From the sequence record SRR20825006_652: a DNA stretch of 64,000 nucleotides, one strand, 5' to 3'. Positions within the stretch are counted from its first letter, which is position 1. Each line of letters opens with the position of its first letter. The notes under the pieces are model-generated. The model was not told the origin of the DNA. It made no database searches and worked only from the letters and a program-made list of their open reading frames with translations. Of this stretch, positions 29,706-39,229 are shown piece by piece. A program made the position numbers and the translations under genes.

Positions 29706-31353
29706 GAAATACGCAACGCATCCACACTACAAAGCCCCAATGGGAAATCAACTTCATACAAAAAGCTGGCAAACCGAAGCGCCATTGCGGATGTTGCTAA
29801 ACAACTTGGATAGCGAAGTAGCTGAAGATCCTGAGAATTTTATTGTTTATGGTGGAAATGGACAGGCGGTAAGAAATAGAGCAGCGCTTGAGAAAATCAT
29901 CGAGATATTATTGACACTTGACGAAAACCACAGTTTGTTGGTTCAATCTGGTAAACCTGTTGGTATTGTTCGAACGCATCCCGAAGCACCACGTGTTTTG
30001 ATTGCGAACAGTAATTTGGTTCCCGAATGGGCGAATTGGGATCATTTCAACGAGTTGAAAGAACGTGGCTTAATGATGTACGGGCAAATGACGGCCGGTT
30101 CATGGATTTATATCGGAACGCAAGGAATTTTACAGGGAACCTACGAGACGTTTGTTGCTTGCGGAGAAAAACACTTTGGCGGTGAATTAAGAGGTAAACT
30201 ATTAGTTACGGGCGGAATTGGAGGAATGGGCGGAGCTCAACCCTTGGCAGCAACAATGGCTGGAGCTACTTTTTTGGGAGTTGATGTAGATCCTGCCCGC
30301 ATCCAAAAAAGAATCAAAACTCGATATATCGATAAAATGACTCATTCTTACGAGGAGGCAATCCGTTGGGTGATGGAAGCCAAAGCTAAGAAAGAAAATC
30401 TCTCAGTAGGTTTGGTGGGTGATATTGGAGATGTATTAGAGTGTTTAATTGAAGACGGAATTACGCCTGATATCCTAACAGATCAAACCTCAGCGCACGA
30501 CCCACTAAACGGTTATGTGCCACATGGAATTAGCCTTGAAAAAGCACTAGAACTTAGAAAATCAAATCCCAAGGAATACGAGGAAAGATCCATAGCGAGT
30601 ATGGCTCGGCATGTCAGGCACATGCTTACACTGAAAAATAGAGGAGCTATAACTTTCGATTACGGAAATAATCTTAGAGCTTATGCACAACAAGGTGGCG
30701 TAGAAAATGCTTTCGATTTTCCTGGTTTTGTTCCCGCCTATATCCGTCCTCTTTTTTGCGAAGGCAAAGGGCCGTTCCGATGGGCGGCACTATCTGGAGA
30801 CCCCAAAGACATTCACATTACCGACCAAGCTTTAAAAGAAGCCTTCCCTGAAAACAAAAACCTGATTAATTGGTTAAATCAAGCTCAAGAGAAAGTAGCT
30901 TTTCAAGGATTACCATGTAGAATTTGTTGGTTGGGAATGGGTGAGCGAGAAAAGGCTGGATTGATATTCAACGACTTGGTTAGAACGGGAAAAGTAAGCG
31001 CACCCATCGTGATTGGGCGTGATCATTTGGATTGTGGCTCTGTTGCTTCCCCAAATAGAGAAACCGAAGCAATGAAAGATGGAACCGATGCAGTAAGCGA
31101 TTGGCCATTACTTAACTTAATGAGTAATGCTTCAGGTGGTGCAACATGGATTAGTTTTCATCACGGTGGTGGTGTTGGAATGGGATTTAGCCAACACGCA
31201 GGAATGGTTGTGCTTGCAGATGGAACTGATAGAGCAGAAGAATGTTTGAAACGAGTTTTATATAACGATCCAGCAATGGGCGTTTTTAGACATCATGATG
31301 CTGGATATGACGAAGCAACTTCAGTTGGTGAACAGCATAATCTTTTAATCTAA
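29680..31353 (+). CDS. hutU: Urocanate hydratase
   Basis: [23 protein letters not shown] and HHGGGVG motifs; start 29671, 29680 or 29683, overlapping the hutH end. Confidence 0.96.
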   Translation: MMNYSEFLKKYATHPHYKAPMGNQLHTKSWQTEAPLRMLLNNLDSEVAEDPENFIVYGGNGQAVRNRAALEKIIEILLTLDENHSLLVQSGKPVGIVRTHPEAPRVLIANSNLVPEWANWDHFNELKERGLMMYGQMTAGSWIYIGTQGILQGTYETFVACGEKHFGGELRGKLLVTGGIGGMGGAQPLAATMAGATFLGVDVDPARIQKRIKTRYIDKMTHSYEEAIRWVMEAKAKKENLSVGLVGDIGDVLECLIEDGITPDILTDQTSAHDPLNGYVPHGISLEKALELRKSNPKEYEERSIASMARHVRHMLTLKNRGAITFDYGNNLRAYAQQGGVENAFDFPGFVPAYIRPLFCEGKGPFRWAALSGDPKDIHITDQALKEAFPENKNLINWLNQAQEKVAFQGLPCRICWLGMGEREKAGLIFNDLVRTGKVSAPIVIGRDHLDCGSVASPNRETEAMKDGTDAVSDWPLLNLMSNASGGATWISFHHGGGVGMGFSQHAGMVVLADGTDRAEECLKRVLYNDPAMGVFRHHDAGYDEATSVGEQHNLLI

Positions 31354-31367
31354 AAGCGAAGGCAAAT

Positions 31368-32606
31368 ATGGAACGAGCAATACTTTACGGTCCGTTTAGA
31401 GAATTAGTAACTATGCATGCACTTCCTTTACATGGTGCATTAAAAGACGAGGAATTGCCAATCATTAAAAATGGCGGAATTGTTGTAGAAGGAAGTGAAA
31501 TTATAGCAATTGGCGATTACGAAGTTCTTTCAGAAACATATAAAGCCGCTTATTGTTTGTTGAATGAAGAAGAGAACTTAGTGGCGGTTCCAGCGTTTGT
31601 AGATTGCCACACACATATTTGTTGGGCAGGAGATAGAATCAACGATTATGCACTTCGAGTTTCTGGGAAATCTTATATAGAGATAGCAAAAGCTGGCGGT
31701 GGAATTATGGACACCGTTATTGAAACCCGAAAAGCGAGCCAAAGTGAGTTGGTTGAGATAATCTTAAATCATGCTGATACATTACTTGATCAAGGGATTG
31801 CAACAGTAGAAGTGAAGTCGGGTTATGGGCTTGAAATTGAATCGGAATTGAAAATGCTTAGAGCTATCAAAGAGGCAAACGAACATACTTTGGTAGATTT
31901 AATTCCAACATTTCTTGGTGCTCACATCAAACCAAAAGATTATGACGGAAACCATGAGGAATACCTGACAATGCTGTTAGAGGAAGTCGTTCCTGTCATT
32001 GAAAATGAAAAGCTATGCTCCCGTGCCGATATTTTTGTGGAAGAGGGCGCTTTTGATGTAGAACTCGCCAGAAATTATGCTAAGAAAATGCAAGAACGAG
32101 GCTTCGATATCACCATGCATGTAGATCAGTTTAACGCTGGTGGCGCAAAAATGGCGATTGAAGTGGGAAGTGTTTCAGCTGATCATCTAGAATGCACGGA
32201 TAGTGAAACGGTAAAGCTATTTACGGACTCTGGAACTGTAGCAGTGGCTTTGCCCGGCGCATCTTTGGGTTTGGGAATGCAATTTACACCATGTAGAGAA
32301 TTATTAGATAATGACGCATGCGTTGCTATTGCAACGGATTGGAATCCGGGTTCCGCACCAATGGGAGATTTGATAACGCAAGCGGCTTTGTTAGGGGCAA
32401 GTGAAAAGCTTTCGATTAGCGAAACCTTGGCAGCAATAACATACCGTGCAGCACAAGCTTTAAGAATTGATGCGGGTGTAATTCATGAAGGTGCGAAGGC
32501 GAAGTTTACAGCATTCTCGACCAACGATTATCGTTCAATATTCTATCATCAAGGCAAGTTGAAACCAAAATTTACGGTTATTGGCGATGAGTGTATCGAA
32601 CATTAA
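31368..32606 (+). CDS. hutI: Imidazolonepropionase
   Basis: DCHTH, EVKSGYGL, SADHLE and ATDWNPGS motifs. Confidence 0.95.
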   Translation: MERAILYGPFRELVTMHALPLHGALKDEELPIIKNGGIVVEGSEIIAIGDYEVLSETYKAAYCLLNEEENLVAVPAFVDCHTHICWAGDRINDYALRVSGKSYIEIAKAGGGIMDTVIETRKASQSELVEIILNHADTLLDQGIATVEVKSGYGLEIESELKMLRAIKEANEHTLVDLIPTFLGAHIKPKDYDGNHEEYLTMLLEEVVPVIENEKLCSRADIFVEEGAFDVELARNYAKKMQERGFDITMHVDQFNAGGAKMAIEVGSVSADHLECTDSETVKLFTDSGTVAVALPGASLGLGMQFTPCRELLDNDACVAIATDWNPGSAPMGDLITQAALLGASEKLSISETLAAITYRAAQALRIDAGVIHEGAKAKFTAFSTNDYRSIFYHQGKLKPKFTVIGDECIEH

Positions 32607-33564
32607 TCCAGAATTTTATAAAGCCTCCAAACCTGAGGATTGGACAGGTCGCATAGATTCAGATACAGATTTTGATCAATTTCGATATCATCAAGTGGTG
32701 AAGTGTGAGTCGTTGCTCGATTTAAGCATTTCGACTGATGTTGTGCTACTAGGATTTGCTTCCGATGAAGGCGTTCGAAGAAATAAAGGCAGAATTGGAG
32801 CGAGTGAAGGTCCTGCAAGTTTTAGGAAAGTAGTTGGTTCGTTATGCTGGCAAGGTGAGGAAATAGGGTTCCTAGATGTTGGAAATATATTTCCAAAAAA
32901 TGAGAATTTAGAAGTGGCTCAAAATGAACTAGGAAAAGCTATTCAGGTTTTTCTTAACCAAAAAAAGCGCCCATTTGTTATAGGTGGTGGTCACGAAACT
33001 GCCTACGGACATTACCTAGGAATTGCCAATTATTTGAAAGCAACGAACCCAGATGCAAAGCTCGGAATATTAAATATCGATGCACATTTTGATCTACGTC
33101 CGCACAATGGGATTCCTCATTCGGGTTCTCCTTTTCTTCAAGCTCACGAACACGCCCAAAAGAATAATCTTGACTTGAATTATTTTGTATATGGAATCAA
33201 TCCTCAGAACAATACAAAAGCCTTGTTCAAAACTGCAGATGAATTGGGAGTTGAATTTTGCACCACTCAAGAAGTGTGGGCTTCAAATTCAGAGACACTA
33301 GCAAAAGTACAGAATTACATTGAAAGCAGAACCCATATTTACCTGACGATATGCTTGGATGTTTTTAAAGCTGAAATCGCGCCAGGGGTAAGTGCTCCCG
33401 CTTGGCATGGAATGGAGTTAAGCCACGCAATAAAAGTGCTAGAGTTGGTGAAAAGTTCTGGAAAAATGCTTTCGATGGATGTGTGCGAATTAAATCCAGA
33501 ATATGATTTAAATAATCAAACAGCGAAACTAGCAGGAATGTTATTCAGTGAGTATATCGGGTAA
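32587..33564 (+). CDS. hutG: Formimidoylglutamase (arginase family)
   Basis: DEGVRRNKGRIGA, GGGHE, NIDAHFDLR and CLDVF..APGVSAP motifs. Confidence 0.93.
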   Translation: MSVSNINPEFYKASKPEDWTGRIDSDTDFDQFRYHQVVKCESLLDLSISTDVVLLGFASDEGVRRNKGRIGASEGPASFRKVVGSLCWQGEEIGFLDVGNIFPKNENLEVAQNELGKAIQVFLNQKKRPFVIGGGHETAYGHYLGIANYLKATNPDAKLGILNIDAHFDLRPHNGIPHSGSPFLQAHEHAQKNNLDLNYFVYGINPQNNTKALFKTADELGVEFCTTQEVWASNSETLAKVQNYIESRTHIYLTICLDVFKAEIAPGVSAPAWHGMELSHAIKVLELVKSSGKMLSMDVCELNPEYDLNNQTAKLAGMLFSEYIG

Positions 33565-34500
33565 GTGCTTTTCTAAAGTGTCAACTGGGACTTTGAGTTC
33601 AGGGACGCGTGGGAAAGAATCCTTTTTCTTTTTCGATGATCGAAGAGCGACTACATTCCCAATTAGAATCAAAGTAGCACCCGAAAAACTAGTAACTGAC
33701 CATTGGTAATCTTCAAAAATGGTAGATATGATGAGTGCAATTACGGGGCCAATTAAACTAACATACGCAGCTTTGCTTGCTCCTATGTTCCCGATTAAGG
33801 TCATATAAGCTCCAAATGCAATGATTGACCCAAAAATGGATAGATAGAGAAGAGATGCGAGATAAGGCATCCCAACTCCAAAAGAGAGTGTTTTTCCAGA
33901 AATGATGGCAATGAGAAACATAGCAGTTGCGCCATAAGTCATACCAAAAGCATTCGATTGAATAACAGGGATACCAGCTTTCTGATTACGCGCAGAAGTA
34001 ATATTACCCAAAGAAGCTATAAAAGTGCCGGAAACAGCAAGCATAATGCCGATGACTTTTCCATCCGAAAAAGAGAAATTCGTTAAATCACGCTGAAACA
34101 CTAGCGCTGTTCCAATCAAACCTAATATCCCACCTATAATCACCTTCATTTCGATGGTCGTTTTAAGAAAAATACGACCATTTATGATGTTGAAGAACAA
34201 AATTAGAGAGAAGATGAGGCCAACCAATCCACTTGTTAAATGTAACTCCGACATATATACCATCCAGTAGTTAAAGCCGAAAATGAGCAAACCTTGGAGG
34301 AGCATAAAGCGATGTTCTTTAGCCGAGAAACTGAGTTTAAGATTCCAAACTCTACAAATAATAAGCATTAAAAGGCCAGCAATTCCAAACCGATAGGCCA
34401 CAGAAAACAGGGGGTCTACATCGCCTACTTGAAATTTGATAACATACCACGTTGAGCCCCAAATGAGAACGGGAGTTAAAAAGAGAAGCACATTTTTCAT
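33541..34500 (-). CDS. EamA/DMT family transporter
   Basis: IWGSTW start, about 10 TM segments in two EamA repeats; 3' end overlaps hutG by 24 nt. Confidence 0.88.
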   Translation of the reverse strand: MKNVLLFLTPVLIWGSTWYVIKFQVGDVDPLFSVAYRFGIAGLLMLIICRVWNLKLSFSAKEHRFMLLQGLLIFGFNYWMVYMSELHLTSGLVGLIFSLILFFNIINGRIFLKTTIEMKVIIGGILGLIGTALVFQRDLTNFSFSDGKVIGIMLAVSGTFIASLGNITSARNQKAGIPVIQSNAFGMTYGATAMFLIAIISGKTLSFGVGMPYLASLLYLSIFGSIIAFGAYMTLIGNIGASKAAYVSLIGPVIALIISTIFEDYQWSVTSFSGATLILIGNVVALRSSKKKKDSFPRVPELKVPVDTLEKHLPDILTE

Positions 34501-34787
34501 GGGTTAAATAATACCGACAGAAACCGTGAAATGGAATAGAGGCAGAAATTTTTTCTTTAACTCATAACTTTTCCAAAGTTGAGCTAACTGAAATTTAATA
34601 GTTACTATAAATTTACGCTATGAGGGGTAGGAGTTCTTAAGCGCTCGGTTTTAGACTCATCCTTTTAATACACTTTCGACGATGTCTACTCCAAACATTT
34701 TCATAATGATAACATGTTAAATTGTGATATAATATGAATTAAGACTATTTGCCGATGTATCATATTATATTGTAGTTTAGATATATA

Positions 34788-34816
34788 TGTTTTAAAATCT
34801 ATTTGATTTTAAAACA
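34788..34816. promoter_or_regulatory. 12-bp inverted repeat upstream of the TonB-plug lipoprotein gene
   Basis: TGTTTTAAAATC-TATTT-GATTTTAAAACA. Confidence 0.45.
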
Positions 34817-34880
34817 AAAAATGTGCTTTATGAATAAGGGAATTTAAAAGCTCAATGGATTTTAAATTAAAAGGTGTTTT

Positions 34881-35315
34881 ATGAAAGAATCCGATAAAAA
34901 TTTTGCTGCATCAATTATTATAGGTTTGTGTTTTTTACTAACACTTAGTTGTGCACCAATAGAAAGTCTGAATAAGGAAGAAAGCGGAAGCTCATCAACG
35001 AGCGTAGAAGAGACGAAAAGGTTCGACAACTCGATAGATTTGACATCGCATTTGCAAAGATTATCGGGGGTGACTGTTACTGGAAAAGGTGGAAACGCAA
35101 GAGTACGCATTAGAGGGGGAGCAAATAGTTTCTCGCTTCCATCAGATCCTCTTTTTGTAGTAAATGGTACTCCTAAATCAGGAGGTTATGCCTCTATTTA
35201 CAACACTATAGATGTAGCGTCTATTAAGAGTATTAAAGTTTTAAAAGGTTCTCAAGCAGCATTATATGGAGCCAGAGGTACTAATGGGGTAATAATTATC
35301 GACACCACATTGTAA
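34881..35315 (+). CDS. Stand-alone TonB-dependent receptor plug-domain lipoprotein
   Basis: Lipobox LTLSC; IRIRGG..PLFVVNG..IKSIKVLK..AALYGARGTNGVIIIDT (SusC-type plug); no beta-barrel. Confidence 0.8.
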   Translation: MKESDKNFAASIIIGLCFLLTLSCAPIESLNKEESGSSSTSVEETKRFDNSIDLTSHLQRLSGVTVTGKGGNARVRIRGGANSFSLPSDPLFVVNGTPKSGGYASIYNTIDVASIKSIKVLKGSQAALYGARGTNGVIIIDTTL

Positions 35316-35432
35316 TTTTGCTCATGCTATAAGTATGTAGTATTGATTTGGAAGTACTTCTATGCTGTAGGTTTTCCAAAGAAGAGCTAAATGAAATTAC
35401 AGTGTTACTTGATAACAACTATGCAAACGTCC

Positions 35433-35765
35433 TCAACCTACACAATTAACACATCTCGTGGTGTGAGGCATGTATTCCAACCTCCCGAAGGGAATCTCTT
35501 TCCCACACTTAGAGCATAACCCAAAGCTTTTTGAAAAGGAATTTTCTAACGCCTTTTCCAATCGCTGTAAAATCTTCTTTTTCTCTCTCAAAGAAGCCTC
35601 GTTAATCGTTTTATTATTGATGGCATCCATTCGGGAAATCCTTCCTATGGCAGCATCAAGTGGGATGGGTTTGGTGAGTTCTTCGAGTTCCGTCATTTCA
35701 TTTCGAATGCTTTCAATCGTAGAGTTTATTATCGAAATAAGTTGTTCTTTTTCTTTAGGTGTCAT
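35433..35765 (-). CDS. TraR/DksA C4-type zinc finger protein
   Basis: GRISRMDAI coiled-coil tip; CSKC..RL..PHTTRCVNC. Confidence 0.85.
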   Translation of the reverse strand: MTPKEKEQLISIINSTIESIRNEMTELEELTKPIPLDAAIGRISRMDAINNKTINEASLREKKKILQRLEKALENSFSKSFGLCSKCGKEIPFGRLEYMPHTTRCVNCVG

Positions 35766-36083
35766 AGTTAAAGGTCTATATCCTCATCTTAATTTGCAAT
35801 ATGAAGCGGACTCTAGAGTATAACGGGTCTTACTACAATAAAGCATGACTCTGAAAACGAATCTTTTGAAGATCGAATTCTAAATTTTTGGCTACTCATT
35901 TTTTTCAGTTTGGTACTAGGTTACGCTATTATTGAGTGCTTTTATATACATTAATCTGGAGTGAAAGTAGAAATTCAGTATTTAAAACAGGCAACATTCA
36001 TATCTCAGCACCCCCACTAAATATGGTTTGATTTTTTTATCCGAGAAATTCTATACTCTTTAACATCAGCGATTCAAACACTT

Positions 36084-36845
36084 ATGCTCCATTACCTCCG
36101 AAATATCCGAAAGAAACTGATCCTGCAGGAAAATACTCGAAAATATCTTCTTTATGCCATTGGGGAAATTTTGCTCGTTGTAGTCGGGATTTTAATTGCC
36201 TTCCAAATTGATAACTGGAATGAAGATCGGGTAAAGCGAAATCAAGAATTTAAAATATTAACCCAGATTCAGTCAGATTTGAGTTCGAATTTTAGCGAAG
36301 TAGAAAGTCTCCTTTCGAAGCTCGAGTTTTCGAAATCCTCTTCCGATTCTCTTCTTAAAAGTTTTCGAGATGAAAAAGAGATTAGAGCTTTTTCAGTGTA
36401 TTCATCGGTGGTTCATCAACGCTTTTTCTTTAATATTTCTTCATCGGCATATTCGTTGTTGGGTGGGTCTTTGGGCACACTCATTACCAACGAGCAAATG
36501 AGAAATAACATCGTGCAGATTTATGAAGGAGATTTTAAAGAAATTGAAAAGAGACAACAAATGCTCTCAAACCACTTGGATCAAAATCTGAACCCGAAAT
36601 CAAATCAACTTTTTGAAATAACACAACGAGTGAATTTTAAAATGCCTGTATTTGATGAAAATGAATTCGATTTTTATGACCCAATAAACTTTAACACCAT
36701 AGTTAAAGACAAAGAATACATCAATACCATTGTTATTTTGAGGAGGATGTATACCATCCAAATACAACAACTCAATAAAACAAAAGCCGATTTAACGGAT
36801 GTCCTTAAGCTAGTAGATTCTGAAATCTCAAAACTAGCTTCCTAA
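36084..36845 (+). CDS. DUF6090 family membrane-anchored protein
   Basis: RKYLLYAIGEILLVVVGILIAFQIDNWNE N-terminus. Confidence 0.75.
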   Translation: MLHYLRNIRKKLILQENTRKYLLYAIGEILLVVVGILIAFQIDNWNEDRVKRNQEFKILTQIQSDLSSNFSEVESLLSKLEFSKSSSDSLLKSFRDEKEIRAFSVYSSVVHQRFFFNISSSAYSLLGGSLGTLITNEQMRNNIVQIYEGDFKEIEKRQQMLSNHLDQNLNPKSNQLFEITQRVNFKMPVFDENEFDFYDPINFNTIVKDKEYINTIVILRRMYTIQIQQLNKTKADLTDVLKLVDSEISKLAS

Positions 36846-36866
36846 ACGGAGTGAGTAGAGTGATAG

Positions 36867-37334
36867 TTATAAATTGGTAAAATAAAAGTAACCCATTACT
36901 CCAGCAGCCATTACTTTAAGGCCTGTTGCAGTCATAAATCCCACAAAAGAACCAATGGCAGACTTCAAAGCTTTGTCTGTTTTACTGCCGCCAATTATTT
37001 CGCCAGCAAAAGCGCCAATTAGTGGACCAAAAACAAAACCAAGAGGTGGGAAAAATATCCCAACAATAAGTCCAACTACACTTCCCCAGATGCCATAAGC
37101 GGTTCCGCCAAACTTCTTGGTTCCCCATGTTGGTAAGGCATTATCTAAAAACATAAGTAGAAGAACTATTGCCAACCACACAATCATAAAAGTAGTAGAG
37201 AATGGCGACTGTGTTAGCTGAAGTACAAGAAGTCCAAAGTAGCTAAATGGTAAGCCAGGCATAACAGGTAAAAAAGCACCAATTACGCCAATAATGATGA
37301 GCAACGCCCCAAGAATAATCCAGATAATTTCCAT
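36867..37334 (-). CDS. DUF456 (YqgC-like) membrane protein
   Basis: GAFLPVMPG, KKFGGT and GPLIGAFAGE motifs; ATG 37334 preferred. Confidence 0.8.
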   Translation of the reverse strand: MEIIWIILGALLIIIGVIGAFLPVMPGLPFSYFGLLVLQLTQSPFSTTFMIVWLAIVLLLMFLDNALPTWGTKKFGGTAYGIWGSVVGLIVGIFFPPLGFVFGPLIGAFAGEIIGGSKTDKALKSAIGSFVGFMTATGLKVMAAGVMGYFYFTNL

Positions 37335-37531
37335 AATAAGAAGTGTGTTTGAACATAACTTTTCACGCAAAGTATAGTTGAAAGTTTCGCCAGTTGGTAT
37401 TCTAAAATTGAATAGGTCTAAAGGATATTAGCATATATGCTTTATGTATTGATTCTTGCACTCTAACCCGCGTTTAACTATCATAACCAGTCTTTACGAT
37501 TTCATGAAATTATAAACGAATACATTTATTT

Positions 37532-39085
37532 ATGGCAAATGGTACAAATGGTGATGGCCCTACATTTTTTGGGCATCCAAAAGGTTTATCAACCCTGTTC
37601 TTTACCGAAATGTGGGAAAGGTTTAGCTACTATGGGATGAGAGCGTTGCTTATTATTTTTATGAGCGCTCCTGTTCTGGACGGTGGCTTTGGGTTTGATG
37701 ATAAGATTTCTGGTGCAATTTACGGTTTATACACTATGGGGGTGTATCTACTTGCATTGCCTGGCGGTTGGGTAGCAGATAGATTGTTTGGGCTAAAGAA
37801 GTCGGTATGGTACGGCGGTATTATAATCGCATTGGGTCATTTTACAATGGCGTTACCAGGAATCGTGAAGCTATTCGGATTAAGTTCTGGAATGGATGTT
37901 TCCGCATTTGATACCAATTCTTTTTTCGTCGGTCTAATTCTTGTGGTACTTGGTACTGGTCTTCTAAAACCAAATATTAGTGCTATTGTTGGCGACTTAT
38001 ATGAAGGCAAAGATGGAGCTAAAAGAGACGCTGGTTTTTCACTTTTCTATATGGGGATTAATATCGGTGCACTTATAGCTCCAATTATTACGGGACTTTT
38101 AGCAAAAACAGATTGGCACTTGGGATTTGGTATTGCTGGTTTTGGTATGGTTCTAGGATTAATTCAATATAAGCTCACAAGTCACCATTTAGATGGATAT
38201 GGTGATTTCACTCCACCCAAAGATGAAAATGAAGCACAGCAATTAAAATCGGTAGGTAATAAAGCTAAAGTGATATTTGGCTTATGTATTGGGTTTTTAG
38301 TTTTAGCTTTTGCTGGCATTATTCCTATTGACGCTCCCACAATTGCGGGTGCATCAGGTGTGATAATCGCCATTGTTGGTTTTGGCTATCTTGCATATGT
38401 AGCATTATTTGGTGGTTTAGATGAAACTGAAAAGAAAAAAGTAGTTGCCATAGGAATAATTTTTGCCTTTGCAGCCGTATTCTGGTCAGGTTTTGAACAA
38501 GCAGGCTCAACATTAAACCTATTTGCAGAGCGATTTACGGACAAAAGTGTTTTTGGCTGGGAAATGCCAGCAGCTTGGTTCCAGTCTATCAACTCAATAT
38601 TTATTATCGTCTTTGCTCCTGTATTTGGTGCTATGTGGGTTTGGTTAGCTAAAAAGAATTTGGATCCAAGATCGCCTATTAAATTTGCAATGGGTCTAGT
38701 ATTACTAGGTATTGGTTTCTTTGTGATGTACTTCGCTACTAAGATTGCCGCCTCTGGGAATCTTGCTGCACCAACGTGGTTAATTTTCACGTATATGTTT
38801 CACACTTTTGGTGAACTGAGTTTAAGTCCTGTGGGCTTGAGTTTAATCACTAAGCTTGCACCTAAAAAATTCTCTGGACAGATGATGGGGATTTGGTTCT
38901 TAGCTACTTCACTAGGTAATTTACTTGCAGGCTTAATTGCAGGTAAAGCCAGTGGTGGAAATGTGGATGCACTCGCAGATATGCCAAATCAGTATATGAT
39001 TATTGTGGCTACAACAATTGGAGCAGGTGTCTTACTGCTACTAATTTCTAAGCCAATGAAAAAGCTTATGGGCGACGTTCACTAG
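37532..39085 (+). CDS. POT/PTR proton-dependent di/tripeptide transporter
   Basis: EMWERFSYYGMR, GTGLLKPNIS, FYMGINIG and GELSLSPVG motifs. Confidence 0.95.
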   Translation: MANGTNGDGPTFFGHPKGLSTLFFTEMWERFSYYGMRALLIIFMSAPVLDGGFGFDDKISGAIYGLYTMGVYLLALPGGWVADRLFGLKKSVWYGGIIIALGHFTMALPGIVKLFGLSSGMDVSAFDTNSFFVGLILVVLGTGLLKPNISAIVGDLYEGKDGAKRDAGFSLFYMGINIGALIAPIITGLLAKTDWHLGFGIAGFGMVLGLIQYKLTSHHLDGYGDFTPPKDENEAQQLKSVGNKAKVIFGLCIGFLVLAFAGIIPIDAPTIAGASGVIIAIVGFGYLAYVALFGGLDETEKKKVVAIGIIFAFAAVFWSGFEQAGSTLNLFAERFTDKSVFGWEMPAAWFQSINSIFIIVFAPVFGAMWVWLAKKNLDPRSPIKFAMGLVLLGIGFFVMYFATKIAASGNLAAPTWLIFTYMFHTFGELSLSPVGLSLITKLAPKKFSGQMMGIWFLATSLGNLLAGLIAGKASGGNVDALADMPNQYMIIVATTIGAGVLLLLISKPMKKLMGDVH

Positions 39086-39109
39086 AACGAACCTCTTGGG
39101 TAGTAAAAG

Positions 39110-39149
39110 AAAAGGGCTTCTTCCTGTTTAAGGGTGGAAGCCCTTTTTT
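39110..39149 (+). terminator. Intrinsic terminator
   Basis: AAAAGGGCTTC...GAAGCCC followed by T6. Confidence 0.75.
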
Positions 39150-39229
39150 GATTTGTATTGACGGTTTCTTCATGTAATAATCACAATTCAGATATAAGTT
39201 TCTCTAAACTCAATTAAACGGAGAAAAAA

